A stretch of DNA of 64,000 bases from Pontiella sp. (lineage in GTDB: Bacteria; Verrucomicrobiota; Kiritimatiellia; Kiritimatiellales; Pontiellaceae). Every line of letters begins with the position of its first letter. The stretch's first letter is position 1. The DNA lies in assembly GCA_050290185.1 (NCBI GenBank), contig JBNKHE010000001.1:34713-98712 (forward strand). Reading direction: 5' to 3'. Made by a program: the position numbers and the translations under genes. Of this stretch, positions 39,253-49,781 are shown piece after piece. The notes beneath the pieces were generated by a model, which did no database searches, had not been told where the DNA came from, and was given only the letters and a program-made list of their open reading frames with translations.

Positions 39253-40490
39253 AGCATTTGTTTGAGGTAGAGCGAACCGGCGATGACGACCAATCGGTCA
39301 GATTCGGCCGCCCAATCGCGGGCTGCGTTCCAAGCCACCGAAACCTCGGCGGGTGTTGCGTGGATTCCTGCAACGCGGGCCTGAGCGGCTGCGTGTTCGG
39401 CCGTGGTTCCGCGCGGGGCGTCGATGGCAATGGTCCAGGCTTTTGAAACCAACGGCTTGAGGATACGCAGGAATTCAACGGAGTCCTTGTCGTCAAGAAA
39501 GCCGAAGATAAAGCCGACCTGATGCTTTGGATAGTTTTCCTTGAGCGTCCTGATCAAGGCGCGGGCGGCGGAAGGATTGTGAGCGCCGTCGAGAATCATC
39601 AACGGATCATTGCCGATGATCTGAAAGCGCGCAGCCCATTGCGCCGACTCCAAGCCCTTTTTGAATTCCGGTTCAAAGTCGAGCATATCGGCCAGCACTT
39701 CGAGCGCGGTGACGACGACGGCGCAGTTTTCGCGCTGGCACTCGCCGAGCAACGGCAGGTTGACCGGCGGCAGATTGCGCGCGTGTGTTTCAATCTTGAG
39801 CTTCTGCGGATTTCCGACTTTCACAACGGACACCGCTTCGGAACTGCAAATAATGCGCTCGCCAGCCTTTTGCAGAACCGCCATCACGGCATCGGACTGC
39901 GGGGCGGAGACGACGGGACGCCCGGGCTTGATGATGCCGGCTTTTTCGGCGGCGATCTGTACAATGGTGTCACCGAGGAAATTCGTGTGGTCGATGTCGA
40001 TGTGCGTAATGACGGAAACGAGAGGGATTACGACGTTGGTTGCATCCCAGCGCCCACCCATGCCGGTTTCTATAATGGCGATATCGACGCCCTCATCGGC
40101 AAAATACTGGAACGCTATCGCGGTGGAGATCTCGAAAAAGGTGGCGCCGCGCAAGCCGGAGGACACCTCAACTTCGTCGGCGGTTTTTTCCATTTGCCGG
40201 ATATAGCCATCAAGACGATCTTCCGGAAGTTCAATTCCGTTGACGCGGAAACGTTCGGAGAAATCGATCATGTGCGGCGAGGTATACAAGCCGGTCTTGA
40301 ATCCTGAAGCGCGTAAAACGGATTCAAGCATGGCACACACGGAGCCTTTGCCATTGGTGCCGGCCACGTGGATTACCGCGAGCTTGCGATGCGGGTTTCC
40401 CAAGGCTTCGAGCAAGGCCGTTATGACATCCAGCCCCGGCTTGATGCCCTGCGTGGTGCGCTGAAAGAGCTTGTTATAGGATTCGCGCAT
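39231..40490 (-). CDS. folC: Folylpolyglutamate synthase / dihydrofolate synthase
   Basis: IHVAGTNGKGSV, YTSPH, ETGMGGRWDATN, DGAHNP. Confidence 0.96.
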   Translation of the reverse strand: MRESYNKLFQRTTQGIKPGLDVITALLEALGNPHRKLAVIHVAGTNGKGSVCAMLESVLRASGFKTGLYTSPHMIDFSERFRVNGIELPEDRLDGYIRQMEKTADEVEVSSGLRGATFFEISTAIAFQYFADEGVDIAIIETGMGGRWDATNVVIPLVSVITHIDIDHTNFLGDTIVQIAAEKAGIIKPGRPVVSAPQSDAVMAVLQKAGERIICSSEAVSVVKVGNPQKLKIETHARNLPPVNLPLLGECQRENCAVVVTALEVLADMLDFEPEFKKGLESAQWAARFQIIGNDPLMILDGAHNPSAARALIRTLKENYPKHQVGFIFGFLDDKDSVEFLRILKPLVSKAWTIAIDAPRGTTAEHAAAQARVAGIHATPAEVSVAWNAARDWAAESDRLVVIAGSLYLKQMLQSVASL

Positions 40491-40560
40491 GTAGGTGGTT
40501 CGTTCGCAACGAATGCAGGAAAAACAACGAATGCATTCCTCGGTTATTCGTTGCAGATCT

Positions 40561-41406
40561 TTACTTATCGCAGAGATAGTCCAGCATGAGGATCATGCGA
40601 TCCCGCAATTCGCTGCGCGGTATAACCATGTCGATCAGTCCGTGCTTCTGGAGGAATTCCGAACGCTGGAAGCCGTCGGGCAAATCCTGCTGGATGGTTT
40701 CCTTGATCACGCGCGCGCCGGCAAAACCGATCAGGGCTTCGGGCTCCGCGACGATCAGGTCGCCGAGCGTGGCGAAACTGGCCATGACGCCGGCCATGGT
40801 CGGGTGCGTGAGAATCGGGATATAGGGAAGACCGGCTTTCGCATGCCGGGCCAGTGCGGCGCTGGTCTTGGCCATCTGCATGAGGCTCAACATGCCTTCG
40901 TACATGCGGGCCCCGCCGGACGCGCACGAGATCAAGACCGGACGACCTTCCTTGGTGCAACGCTCAATAAGGTAAGTTACACGCTCTCCCACCACGCTGC
41001 CCATACTGGCGCCGAGGAAGGAAAAATCCATCACGCCCAATCCGATATCACGGCCGCCGAGCTGGCATCCACCCACGGTGATGGCATCGTCCCAACCCGT
41101 CTTCTTCTGGTTGGCGTCCAGCTTCTCGACATAGGACTGCCGGCCGGTAAAGCCAAGCGCATCGATCGATTTGATGTTGCCCGCCCATTCTTCGAAGGTT
41201 CCTTCATCGGACAGCAGATTGATCCGCTCCTGGCGCGGAAGAATAAAATGGTGGTCGCATTTCGTGCAGACTTCGAGGTTGGCCGTCACTTCTTCCTTAT
41301 AGATAATTTCGCCGCAGGAAGGGCATTTCATCCACAAGCCATCGGGTACATCGCGTTTTTTGACGGTGATTGTGGAATAGTTTTTCTTATTGCCAAATAG
41401 AGCCAT
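40561..41406 (-). CDS. accD: Acetyl-CoA carboxylase carboxyltransferase beta subunit
   Basis: WMKCPSC...CTKC zinc finger, SMGSVVGE, SGGARM.EG..SLMQMAKT, IGFAGARVI. Confidence 0.97.
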   Translation of the reverse strand: MALFGNKKNYSTITVKKRDVPDGLWMKCPSCGEIIYKEEVTANLEVCTKCDHHFILPRQERINLLSDEGTFEEWAGNIKSIDALGFTGRQSYVEKLDANQKKTGWDDAITVGGCQLGGRDIGLGVMDFSFLGASMGSVVGERVTYLIERCTKEGRPVLISCASGGARMYEGMLSLMQMAKTSAALARHAKAGLPYIPILTHPTMAGVMASFATLGDLIVAEPEALIGFAGARVIKETIQQDLPDGFQRSEFLQKHGLIDMVIPRSELRDRMILMLDYLCDK

Positions 41407-41421
41407 TTCTAAATCCTCTGG

Positions 41422-42126
41422 TTAGCCCCGCGCTACGGTCAGCACGTGGACGCTATTCACCCCGCCCTTTTTCAGGGCCTTTGCGCAGGCATTCACGGTC
41501 GATCCCGTGGTCATCACATCATCGACCAGCAACACACGCCGACCGGTCAACTGCTTCTCTCTCTCAAACTGAAAAGCGTTCTGAACGTTACTAAGCCGCT
41601 GTGCGGCTGTCAAATTTGTTTGCGTGGCGGTCGGACGAATTCGCCGGAGTGCCCGGGATGACATTTTACAGCGCATGCGCTTCGCCAGCTCGCAGGCCAG
41701 TACCGCCGACTGGTTGTAGCCGCGTTCCCGCCGTCGTACATGATAAAGCGGCACCGGAACCACCAAATCAAAGGTTTGGCCCGGAAATTCCGCGTTAAGG
41801 CAATTCTGCATCAGTTCCGCCATATCGCATGCGAGCCACAAAGCCTTTTCATATTTCAACTGCCGCAACGCTTCGCCCACAACACCATCGTACCGGCTCG
41901 CCGACCGGGCAGCATCGAAAAACGGCCGCTCTGCAGAACAGGCATAACAGATATAATCGTGCTGGATGGTTCCGGCAACCGGATCTCCGCACAACTCGCA
42001 AAAAGGCGGCTCGATGTGGGCGGCGTCGGTCCAGCAGTCCCAGCACATGTAGCGAAAGGTTTCCGGCGATGGCTTCCCGCAGCCCATGCAACTGCGCGGA
42101 TAAATCATATCGAGTAGCCGGTGCAT
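41422..42126 (-). CDS. comF: ComF family protein (double zinc ribbon plus PRTase)
   Basis: CxxC pairs, PVPL...RRRERGYNQS, LLVDDVMTTGST. Confidence 0.92.
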   Translation of the reverse strand: MHRLLDMIYPRSCMGCGKPSPETFRYMCWDCWTDAAHIEPPFCELCGDPVAGTIQHDYICYACSAERPFFDAARSASRYDGVVGEALRQLKYEKALWLACDMAELMQNCLNAEFPGQTFDLVVPVPLYHVRRRERGYNQSAVLACELAKRMRCKMSSRALRRIRPTATQTNLTAAQRLSNVQNAFQFEREKQLTGRRVLLVDDVMTTGSTVNACAKALKKGGVNSVHVLTVARG

Positions 42127-42141
42127 GACGCCGCTTAGGGA

Positions 42142-42993
42142 TCAGTTCGAAATAATAGGATCCAGATGAATCCGCTCGGGCTGGACCACCGGAAGATCGA
42201 CGTCCTTGACCCAATAGCGCTTGCCCTTGATCAACATGCTCCGGTTGAGGTAGCTCTCCATCTGCGATACCTGACCGCGCACGAGACAAATCGGCTCCTC
42301 GAAGCCGTCGGAAATGAGCACCAGTTTGTAGAGGCCGGGGTTTGCCCGCCGCAACACACCGGGAATTTCCACATACACCCCCTGTTTTCGGGTTTTATCC
42401 AATACGAGCATCAACGGCGATGTCTGTCCCTGATTCGCCTTCACATCGGCTTGCTGTGCGGATTCGGGCGTCGGCGTCGGATCAACCGTGGTCACTGGCT
42501 CGGGTTCCGGAGCCGGCTCAACCACCGGCTCGGGCGCGGGTGGCTCGATATACTCCACATACTTTTCGCTGATCCAGACACTGCAATCCGAAGGAGGAAC
42601 GATCTTCAGCCAGTTGTTGAATTCGCCGCGCACCGCCACAGCGTCCCCTTGGTTCATCTCACCCACCTTGGCGTAGTTCAGACTGGGGCCTGCGCGCACA
42701 TTGAGTATTTTAGGTTGCACAATGCCGTTTTGGATGAATTCACTAGCCACCCAGAAATCGAGGCTCTCGGGCGCCTGCACGCCGACCCAGCCATTGGTCT
42801 TGTCATGATAGATCAGTTCTTCGCCCCGCATGGCGCGGCTAAGCAGGTAGCCTTCGAGATTGGGTTCCGCCCGAAGACTTACCCGGTCGCCCGTCACACG
42901 AACCTTCATCAGGTCATTGGTCTGGACAACAACGGATTCATTCGTCTGGGCAACCGCCGTCACGGCCATGGCCAGCAGCATCAAAATTTTCAT
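42142..42993 (-). CDS. Secreted protein with two SH3b domains and a Pro-rich linker
   Basis: RVSLRAEP...W; LNVRAGPS...WLKI; PEP-rich linker. Confidence 0.8.
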   Translation of the reverse strand: MKILMLLAMAVTAVAQTNESVVVQTNDLMKVRVTGDRVSLRAEPNLEGYLLSRAMRGEELIYHDKTNGWVGVQAPESLDFWVASEFIQNGIVQPKILNVRAGPSLNYAKVGEMNQGDAVAVRGEFNNWLKIVPPSDCSVWISEKYVEYIEPPAPEPVVEPAPEPEPVTTVDPTPTPESAQQADVKANQGQTSPLMLVLDKTRKQGVYVEIPGVLRRANPGLYKLVLISDGFEEPICLVRGQVSQMESYLNRSMLIKGKRYWVKDVDLPVVQPERIHLDPIISN

Positions 42994-43008
42994 GGCATTC
43001 CCTCAGGT

Positions 43009-43785
43009 TTAAAGCGCAAAGAGCTTGCGCGCATTGGTTGCTGTCAAATTCGCAATGTAGTCTAGCGAACAGCCCTTAAGCTCTGCAAGTTGTTTAGCCA
43101 CATGAACCACAAATGCAGGCTCATTTCGATTCCCCCGCATCGGCACGGGCGCCAGATACGGAGAATCGGTCTCGATCAACAACCGGTCGTCCGGCACATA
43201 TTGGACCACCTCTCTTAAAGGATCGGCATTGGCAAAGGTTACGATGCCGCTGAAACTGATCATGAGCCCCAGGTCGAGCACCTGCCGGGCAAACGCGGCA
43301 TCGCGGGTAAAGCAATGCAGGACACCCAGCCGGCCAGGATCGCCTTTCCAGGCGCGGGCATAATCAGAGAGCAACGCAACCGTATCCTCATCGGCGTCGC
43401 GGGTATGCACCACCACCGGCTTTTGAAACTCCGCCGCCAACGCCAGGTTTTCGGCAAACAGCTTTTTTTGCTTAGTAGCGGTTTCGGCCGTGTAATAGTA
43501 GTCGAGACCGGTTTCGCCCACGGCCTTGACCCGCGGGTTTTCCAGATAGCCACGGAGTTCGGCAAGGTCATATTCCTGTGTGGCTTCGTCGCGATCGTAG
43601 CCTGCACAGCCGAAGATCCGGCCCGGATGCTCCTGCGCCAGCTTCAGCGAAAGCGCATTGGCCTCGGAGCCCCCCCCGATTGCCACCATCTCCAGCACCT
43701 TCGCCTCCTTCGCATGGCTCAAAAGTTCCTGGAAGGTTCCATCCGCTACAAAACGATCAAAATGTACATGGGTATCGATAAACAT
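43009..43785 (-). CDS. tatD: TatD family nuclease
   Basis: DTHVH, VGETGLDYY, VHTRDA, LHCFT, IETDSPYLAP. Confidence 0.93.
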   Translation of the reverse strand: MFIDTHVHFDRFVADGTFQELLSHAKEAKVLEMVAIGGGSEANALSLKLAQEHPGRIFGCAGYDRDEATQEYDLAELRGYLENPRVKAVGETGLDYYYTAETATKQKKLFAENLALAAEFQKPVVVHTRDADEDTVALLSDYARAWKGDPGRLGVLHCFTRDAAFARQVLDLGLMISFSGIVTFANADPLREVVQYVPDDRLLIETDSPYLAPVPMRGNRNEPAFVVHVAKQLAELKGCSLDYIANLTATNARKLFAL

Positions 43786-44003
43786 AATGCGGTGCAGTAA
43801 AGCGAATCGGGACGCCGGCGCGCGAGACTTATCCTGGTCGTTTTTTCAAGGAAGGCCCCTTTTTCAACGTAATCGCCCCGCTGGCGCGACTCATGTAGAT
43901 CTTGCTAATTTTTAACGAATAATACCTTGAAGAAGTGAGGGTCACTCGGCATATTTGCGCGCCTTTAGTGAGTTCATGGAGAAATATTTAACGAGGAAGA
44001 TCA

Positions 44004-46088
44004 ATGGCTAGAACAGTCCCTTTGAAGAATGTCCGCAACATCGGCATCATGGCGCATATTGACGCCGGCAAAACCACCGTATCCGAACGTATCCTTTATT
44101 ATACCGGCCGTTCACACAAGATCGGCGAAGTCCATGACGGCGCGGCCACCATGGACTGGATGGTCCAGGAACAGGAACGCGGCATCACGATTACCTCCGC
44201 GGCAACAACCTGCATGTGGAAAGATCACATGATCTCCATCATCGACACCCCCGGCCACGTGGACTTCACCATGGAAGTGGAACGCGCCCTGCGCGTACTC
44301 GACGGTGCTATTGCCCTCTACTGTGCGGTCGGTGGCGTTCAGCCCCAGTCCGAGACCGTATGGCATCAATCCGAACGCTACGAAGTGCCGAAAATCGCTT
44401 TCGTCAACAAGATGGACCGTATCGGCGCCGACTTCTTCTCCGTGGTTGATGGCATTCAGAACATGCTCGGCGCCAACGCCGTTCCGGTCGTTATTCCGAT
44501 CGGTGCCTCAGACGAGTTCAAAGGCATTGTCGACCTGATCACCATGAAGGCCCTGATCTTCAAGGAAGAAACCCAGGGTGCTGAATGGGAAGAATGCGAA
44601 ATCCCTGCCGACCTCGTTGAAACCGCCAAGGAATGGCGCAACAACCTCGTTGAAAAATGCGCCGAACAGGATGAAGCCCTGCTCGAAAAATACTTCGAAG
44701 AAGGCGACCTGTCCGAGAAGGAAATCTGGACGATCCTGCGCAAGGCCACGTGCGCCCGTCAGGTCGTTCCCGTCTTCTGCGGCTCCGCGTTCAAGAACAA
44801 GGGTGTTCAGCAGCTGCTTGACGGCGTGATCAAGATTCTTCCTGCGCCAAACGAAATTCCTCCGATCATCTGCACCAAGGATCCGGAAAACCAGCGCAAG
44901 GTTGACGACAACGAAGTCTTCTCCGCATTGGCCTTCAAGATCATGTCCGACAAGCATATGGGCAAACTGACCTACTTGCGCATCTACTCGGGAACCATGG
45001 TTGCCGGAACCAACATCTGGAACAGCAGCCAGCAAAAGAAGCAGCGCATCGGCCGCCTGCTCCGCATGCACTCCAACCGCCAGGAAGCCTTGGAAATGGC
45101 CGTGGCCGGTGACATTGTTGCGGTGGCTGGTCTCACCGAAACCAAAACCGGAGACACGCTCTGCGAAAAGGAAAACGAAATCTTCCTCGAATCCATGGAC
45201 TTCCCGGCACCGGTAATCTCGATTTCCATTAAACCGGAATCCAATGCCGACAATGAAAAACTGGGCGAAGCCCTGCATCGCCTGGCCGACGAAGATCCGA
45301 CCTTCACGGTAGCCTTCGACCATGAAACCAGCGAAACCATTATTGCGGGCATGGGCGAGCTTCACCTCGAAATCATCGTGGACCGCCTGAAGCGCGAATT
45401 CGGCGTGGTGGCTGAAGTCGGACGTCCGGAAGTCGCGTACCGCGAAACCGCAACCTCCCCGGCCGAAGGATCCTACAAGCATTCCAAGCAGTCCGGTGGT
45501 CGCGGTCAATATGGCCATGTGGTCATGACCGTAGAGCCTGGCAAACCGGGTGACGGCTTCGAGTTCGAGAACAAGGTGGTCGGCGGACGCATCCCAACGG
45601 AATACATTCCTTCGGTCGAAAAAGGGGTTATTCAGGCACTGGAAGCCGGCCCGTTTGCCGGTTATCCGGTGGTCGACATGAAGGTTACCCTCACCGATGG
45701 TTCCTACCACGATGTCGACTCCTCCGACTTTGCCTTCCAGATTGCCGGACGCCAAGGCTTCAAGGAACTCTTCATGAAAGGCAACCCGCAGTTGCTCGAG
45801 CCGATCATGAGCATCGAAATCACAACTCCCGAAGAATTCATGGGACCGTGTAACAGCACCATTGCTCAGCGTCGCGGACGGATTGAGTCCATGGATGAGC
45901 GCGGCGGCATGAAGATCGTAAAGGGCATGGTTCCGTTGAGCGAAATGTTCGGCTACTCCAACACGATCCGCTCCCTCACCCAGGGTCGCGCATCCTTCTC
46001 CATGACCTTCGAACACTACGAAGCGGTTCCATTCTCGATCGCCGAAGAAGTGGTCAAGAAACGGCGTGAAGAAGGTAAGGTCAGATAA
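44004..46088 (+). CDS. fusA: Elongation factor G (stand-alone copy)
   Basis: [53 protein letters not shown]. Confidence 0.96.
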   Translation: MARTVPLKNVRNIGIMAHIDAGKTTVSERILYYTGRSHKIGEVHDGAATMDWMVQEQERGITITSAATTCMWKDHMISIIDTPGHVDFTMEVERALRVLDGAIALYCAVGGVQPQSETVWHQSERYEVPKIAFVNKMDRIGADFFSVVDGIQNMLGANAVPVVIPIGASDEFKGIVDLITMKALIFKEETQGAEWEECEIPADLVETAKEWRNNLVEKCAEQDEALLEKYFEEGDLSEKEIWTILRKATCARQVVPVFCGSAFKNKGVQQLLDGVIKILPAPNEIPPIICTKDPENQRKVDDNEVFSALAFKIMSDKHMGKLTYLRIYSGTMVAGTNIWNSSQQKKQRIGRLLRMHSNRQEALEMAVAGDIVAVAGLTETKTGDTLCEKENEIFLESMDFPAPVISISIKPESNADNEKLGEALHRLADEDPTFTVAFDHETSETIIAGMGELHLEIIVDRLKREFGVVAEVGRPEVAYRETATSPAEGSYKHSKQSGGRGQYGHVVMTVEPGKPGDGFEFENKVVGGRIPTEYIPSVEKGVIQALEAGPFAGYPVVDMKVTLTDGSYHDVDSSDFAFQIAGRQGFKELFMKGNPQLLEPIMSIEITTPEEFMGPCNSTIAQRRGRIESMDERGGMKIVKGMVPLSEMFGYSNTIRSLTQGRASFSMTFEHYEAVPFSIAEEVVKKRREEGKVR

Positions 46089-46110
46089 CCATTCCTTGCT
46101 GGAACTTGCG

Positions 46111-46140
46111 AAAGGCCGCCTGAACAGGCGGCCTTTTTTT
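46111..46140 (+). terminator. Terminator after fusA
   Basis: AAAGGCCGCCTG-AA-CAGGCGGCCTTTTTTT. Confidence 0.9.
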
Positions 46141-46448
46141 GTTTCTGGATGCATTTAGGAATCAGGCAGAAGACCGCCCGGCGAGCTGGTCTCCTGCAGT
46201 ATACGTGCGAACGGAGGAGCGATCATCCCAGCCGCAAAAATAGGCGGAATCCCGAAAGTGGGGTCTGGTTTATTTTGGTACAGAAAACTTCGTTGAGCCG
46301 TCCGAGTCGCACCTTCTGTGAAAGTGGCTCGCAACACCACCGCTACAATGGCGGTTTTGTCGTGTAGGCGCTACCCAGAATCGCTATTCAAGTGAACGGG
46401 CATTCTGCCCCCATCTTTACCGATGCCCCCCTGCGACGCCCAGCCAAC

Positions 46449-46477
46449 AAAAAAGGCGCCCCGCAAGGGACGCCTTT
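46449..46477 (-). terminator. Terminator after the symporter gene
   Basis: Minus strand AAAGGCGTCCC-TTGC-GGGGCGCCTTTTTT. Confidence 0.8.
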
Positions 46478-46498
46478 GATATGAAGTGTTAGCGTCGT

Positions 46499-48307
46499 CT
46501 ACCAGAAGATCACGTAAAGCGCGACCGTAAGGATACAGGCCCCCAGACCCCAAACAAGAGCCCCCTTGGAGGAGGTCAAATCCATCGTGGTGTTGTGCGC
46601 GAAGACCACCTTCTCCTGCTTGAAGATCAATCCGTAGACGGTCAAAATGGCCAAAACAGCGATCAGTGAGTAGGACATACTGTACAGGAAGGGTACATCC
46701 GGCCATAACGTTGTAAAAATGCCATAAATAATCGGATTGGCAACCAGGCCGATAACACCAGCCCATTGCCCAGAGGTGCGGTTCAGCAACCCATAGATGA
46801 ACACCGCCAGAATCCCGGTGGAGACAAATCCCTGGAACTTCTGAATGAATTCAAAGACACTTTTGTTATTCACCAGCATTGGGGCAATAACGCAACCAAT
46901 CACCACGAAGATCCCGATGAAAACGCGGCCCATGGTTACGAGTTTAAACTGGGATGCCTCCCGATCGATATAGCGGGAATATACATCCATCGTCAGCAAT
47001 GTTGATGCCGCATTGAGTACCGCAGCCAACGAGGAAACAATCGCACCCAGCAAGGCTGCTATTACAAACCCGAGAATACCGACATTTTGCGGTATAAGAC
47101 GCGTAATGAGCAGTCCCAATGCAGAGTCGTATTTGTAGGGATTAATAGCAATTTCCTCAACGGAATCCGCGCCGACGCGTGCAAGAACAGATGCGTTGTA
47201 TGCTTTGATTTCAGCCGCCTGTTCAGGGTTTGCGTTAATCCACTTGGCATCCAGCTCGAATACCTGAGTTGAATCAGGGTTTGCAACGGCCTGTTCATAC
47301 ACGGCCAACGTATCGCCAGCGCTCTTTTCCATATCCGCACTGAAAAGGTTGAAAGCAATAATACCCGGAATCACGATGACAAACGGCACGATCAGCTTAA
47401 GGAAGGCTGCCAGTACAAGACCTTTCTGACCTTCCGCCAACGAAGCGGACCCCAGAATACGCTGGGTAATGTACTGGTTCAGGCCCCAGTAGTAGAAGTT
47501 GGGAATCCAGATCCCCAGCAGCAGGATCGGCCACGGCATGGTTGGATTACTGCCCATGTGCATGGCCGAGTCGTTCAGTGTATTGAACTTTTCGACAACT
47601 CCCGCACTCTGATCGATCGTGGCCTGTGCTCCGGTGGCAGTCACCAGCTCGGAAACATCGGTTCCGCCGAGGGCATTCACCGCAAAATAGGTAATGACAC
47701 CGCCGCCGATGATCAGCGCAGTTCCCTGAATCAGGTCGGCCCAGGCACACGCTTTCAGGCCGCCAACCGCCACATAAATCGCGGCCATGGCACCCAATGC
47801 CCAGCAACAACCCGCAAGCGAAAGGTTAACGTCGTAGGAAACCATCAGTTCCTTGAGCGTCAGAGCACCTGCGTAAATAACACCGATGAGGCTGACTCCG
47901 ATCAGGATGAGCATCATGGAAAGCGTCATGAACAGACGTGCCCAGTGATTGTAACGTATTTCAAGAAATTCGGGAATCGTCGTGATGCCCGAACGAAGGA
48001 AATAAGGCAGTAAAGCGAACGCCACAACTACCAGAGTAATGGCCGCAATCCATTCCCAGCTGGAAACGGACAGGCCATAAAGGCCGGCACCCTGCCCGGA
48101 CATGCCCACAAACTGCTCCGCGGAAATATTGGCCGCGATCAGCGAAAAGCCAATCAGCCACCAGGTCAGTCCGCGACCCGCGAGAAAGTAATCCGATGCA
48201 CCGTGTTCACTGTGCGTCTCTTCCCCTTTCGACTTGTACAATCCAACACCAATCACCGTGATGATGAAGGCCACAAACACAATAATATCAATGATTCCCA
48301 TTTTCAT
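46499..48307 (-). CDS. Sodium:solute (sugar) symporter, SSS/vSGLT family
   Basis: DYFLAGR.L.WW.IG.SLIAANISAEQFVGMSG, GGLKA..WAD.IQ, YYWGLNQYITQR. Confidence 0.93.
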   Translation of the reverse strand: MKMGIIDIIVFVAFIITVIGVGLYKSKGEETHSEHGASDYFLAGRGLTWWLIGFSLIAANISAEQFVGMSGQGAGLYGLSVSSWEWIAAITLVVVAFALLPYFLRSGITTIPEFLEIRYNHWARLFMTLSMMLILIGVSLIGVIYAGALTLKELMVSYDVNLSLAGCCWALGAMAAIYVAVGGLKACAWADLIQGTALIIGGGVITYFAVNALGGTDVSELVTATGAQATIDQSAGVVEKFNTLNDSAMHMGSNPTMPWPILLLGIWIPNFYYWGLNQYITQRILGSASLAEGQKGLVLAAFLKLIVPFVIVIPGIIAFNLFSADMEKSAGDTLAVYEQAVANPDSTQVFELDAKWINANPEQAAEIKAYNASVLARVGADSVEEIAINPYKYDSALGLLITRLIPQNVGILGFVIAALLGAIVSSLAAVLNAASTLLTMDVYSRYIDREASQFKLVTMGRVFIGIFVVIGCVIAPMLVNNKSVFEFIQKFQGFVSTGILAVFIYGLLNRTSGQWAGVIGLVANPIIYGIFTTLWPDVPFLYSMSYSLIAVLAILTVYGLIFKQEKVVFAHNTTMDLTSSKGALVWGLGACILTVALYVIFW

Positions 48308-48507
48308 CTCCTCTTAGTATGATCCACCCCACCACGATCGACGGAGGAAGTTATCTTTTTACCCTATTCTCCCTGCCATATAAAAGTCATTTTAACCGGA
48401 CTTTGTTACCCACCACCATTGATTGTGTTTGCAATGTGCCCGTCCATGATGTCTATTGTTAATAGCCTGATTCCAGCGACAATATATCAAAGTAATAGGA
48501 ACCCGAC

Positions 48508-48912
48508 ATGAAAGCACTGCTGATCGTAGCCCACGGAAGCCGACGGAATGAATCGAACGAGGAGATTCGCCGCCTTTCCAACCGCATCAAGGAAAATGCA
48601 GGCCCGGCCTTCGATTTGGTCATGAGCGCTTTTCTTGAAATCTCAAGTCCCCAGGTCGACTCAGCCATCGCGGATCTTATCGATGAAGGGGCCACGCAAA
48701 TAAAAGTATTCCCCTACTTCCTCTCTGCGGGAACACATGTCGTGAACGACATTCCACGCCTGATCCAGGAAGGGCGGGAGGCCCATCCCGACGTCCACTT
48801 CGAAATATTGCCGCACATGGGCGCGTTGCAGGGAATCAGCACTCTGATTCTCAGCCAGATCTATATGGGTTCACCGACCGCCCCGCAGTTAAAGGCGATG
48901 GAAACGGATTAA
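48508..48912 (+). CDS. CbiX/SirB-type short chelatase-domain protein
   Basis: VAHGSR, AFLEISSP, PYFLSAGTHV..DIP. Confidence 0.85.
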   Translation: MKALLIVAHGSRRNESNEEIRRLSNRIKENAGPAFDLVMSAFLEISSPQVDSAIADLIDEGATQIKVFPYFLSAGTHVVNDIPRLIQEGREAHPDVHFEILPHMGALQGISTLILSQIYMGSPTAPQLKAMETD

Positions 48913-49033
48913 TCTCAATCCGTTGCCTTGCCAGAAAGATAATTCCGTTATTCTATTTGACTTCGGATTCCTGTTCACCTAGGTTCCCCGCTTGTTTTTG
49001 ACCCCGAATATGTTGGGGGAGGTGAATTTAAAA

Positions 49034-49216
49034 ATGGCACAAGAAACCTGCGAAGTTAAAGTACGTCGTGGCGAAAGCGTCGACCGCGCGCTGCGCCGCC
49101 TGAAGAAGGCCCTCGATAAGGAAGGCATTCTGAAATCCATGCGTGCGAAACGCCACTACGAAAAGCCGAGCGAAAAGAAAAAACGTTTGGCCAACAGCCG
49201 GCGCACACGCCGATAG
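49034..49216 (+). CDS. rpsU: 30S ribosomal protein S21
   Basis: [18 protein letters not shown]...RHYEKPSEK. Confidence 0.95.
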   Translation: MAQETCEVKVRRGESVDRALRRLKKALDKEGILKSMRAKRHYEKPSEKKKRLANSRRTRR

Positions 49217-49239
49217 CTTTTCCAGTTTTATGGAAAACG

Positions 49240-49268
49240 AAAGCTCCCGTTTCCCGGGAGCTTTTTTT
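49240..49268 (+). terminator. Terminator after rpsU
   Basis: AAAGCTCCCG-TTTCC-CGGGAGCTTTTTTT. Confidence 0.85.
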
Positions 49269-49441
49269 GTATCGATCCCCCGCCTTCGGCGAGTGGAATC
49301 ATTGGTTCATGCGATGCATTTTTGCATTCAACAAATCAATAACCCACAGGCATATCATCCAACTGACCGGCTGACGGACCGGCTGAGCGGATTCGGCCGC
49401 GCGGGAGAATGAATTGCACGTTTGCATATGAGTTAACGAGT

Positions 49442-49471
49442 CGATCCTGAAAAATCCTGTTTTCAGGATCG
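49442..49471. repeat. Perfect 12-bp inverted repeat downstream of tRNA-Leu
   Basis: CGATCCTGAAAA-ATCCTG-TTTTCAGGATCG. Confidence 0.7.
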
Positions 49472-49552
49472 CAACATAAGCTCATCCGGCAAATCACATA
49501 CAGCGAAAAGGAATCATCTGTCCAACCGCCGGACTGTCGCGATAAAAGTGAA

Positions 49553-49637
49553 TGGTGCCCAAGGCGGGACTCGAACCCGCATAGCCGAAGCCGAGGGATT
49601 TTAAGTCCCTTGTGTCTACCAATTTCACCACCTGGGC
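49553..49637 (-). tRNA. tRNA-Leu(UAA)
   Basis: GCCCAGG...AGGGA CT TAA AA TCCCT, long variable arm, GCGGG TTCGAGT CCCGC CTTGGGC A CCA. Confidence 0.95.
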
Positions 49638-49781
49638 ATAGCGTTGTAAATGGGAGCTGGGTAAATAATCACCTACGGATATGAAACACAATAAAAAAGG
49701 GGAGCCATCCGTTGATTATGCCATCAGAGATAACCAATAATCTATTGCTTTTCCCAACCCCTGAATGGCACATTTAAAACG

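Noticed and set aside
44508..46154. 548-aa antisense ORF over fusA (likewise 6914-7996, 42166-43065, 56484-57665, 59862-61481)
   Set aside because: Shadow ORFs expected from codon bias in GC-rich genes; no protein motifs.
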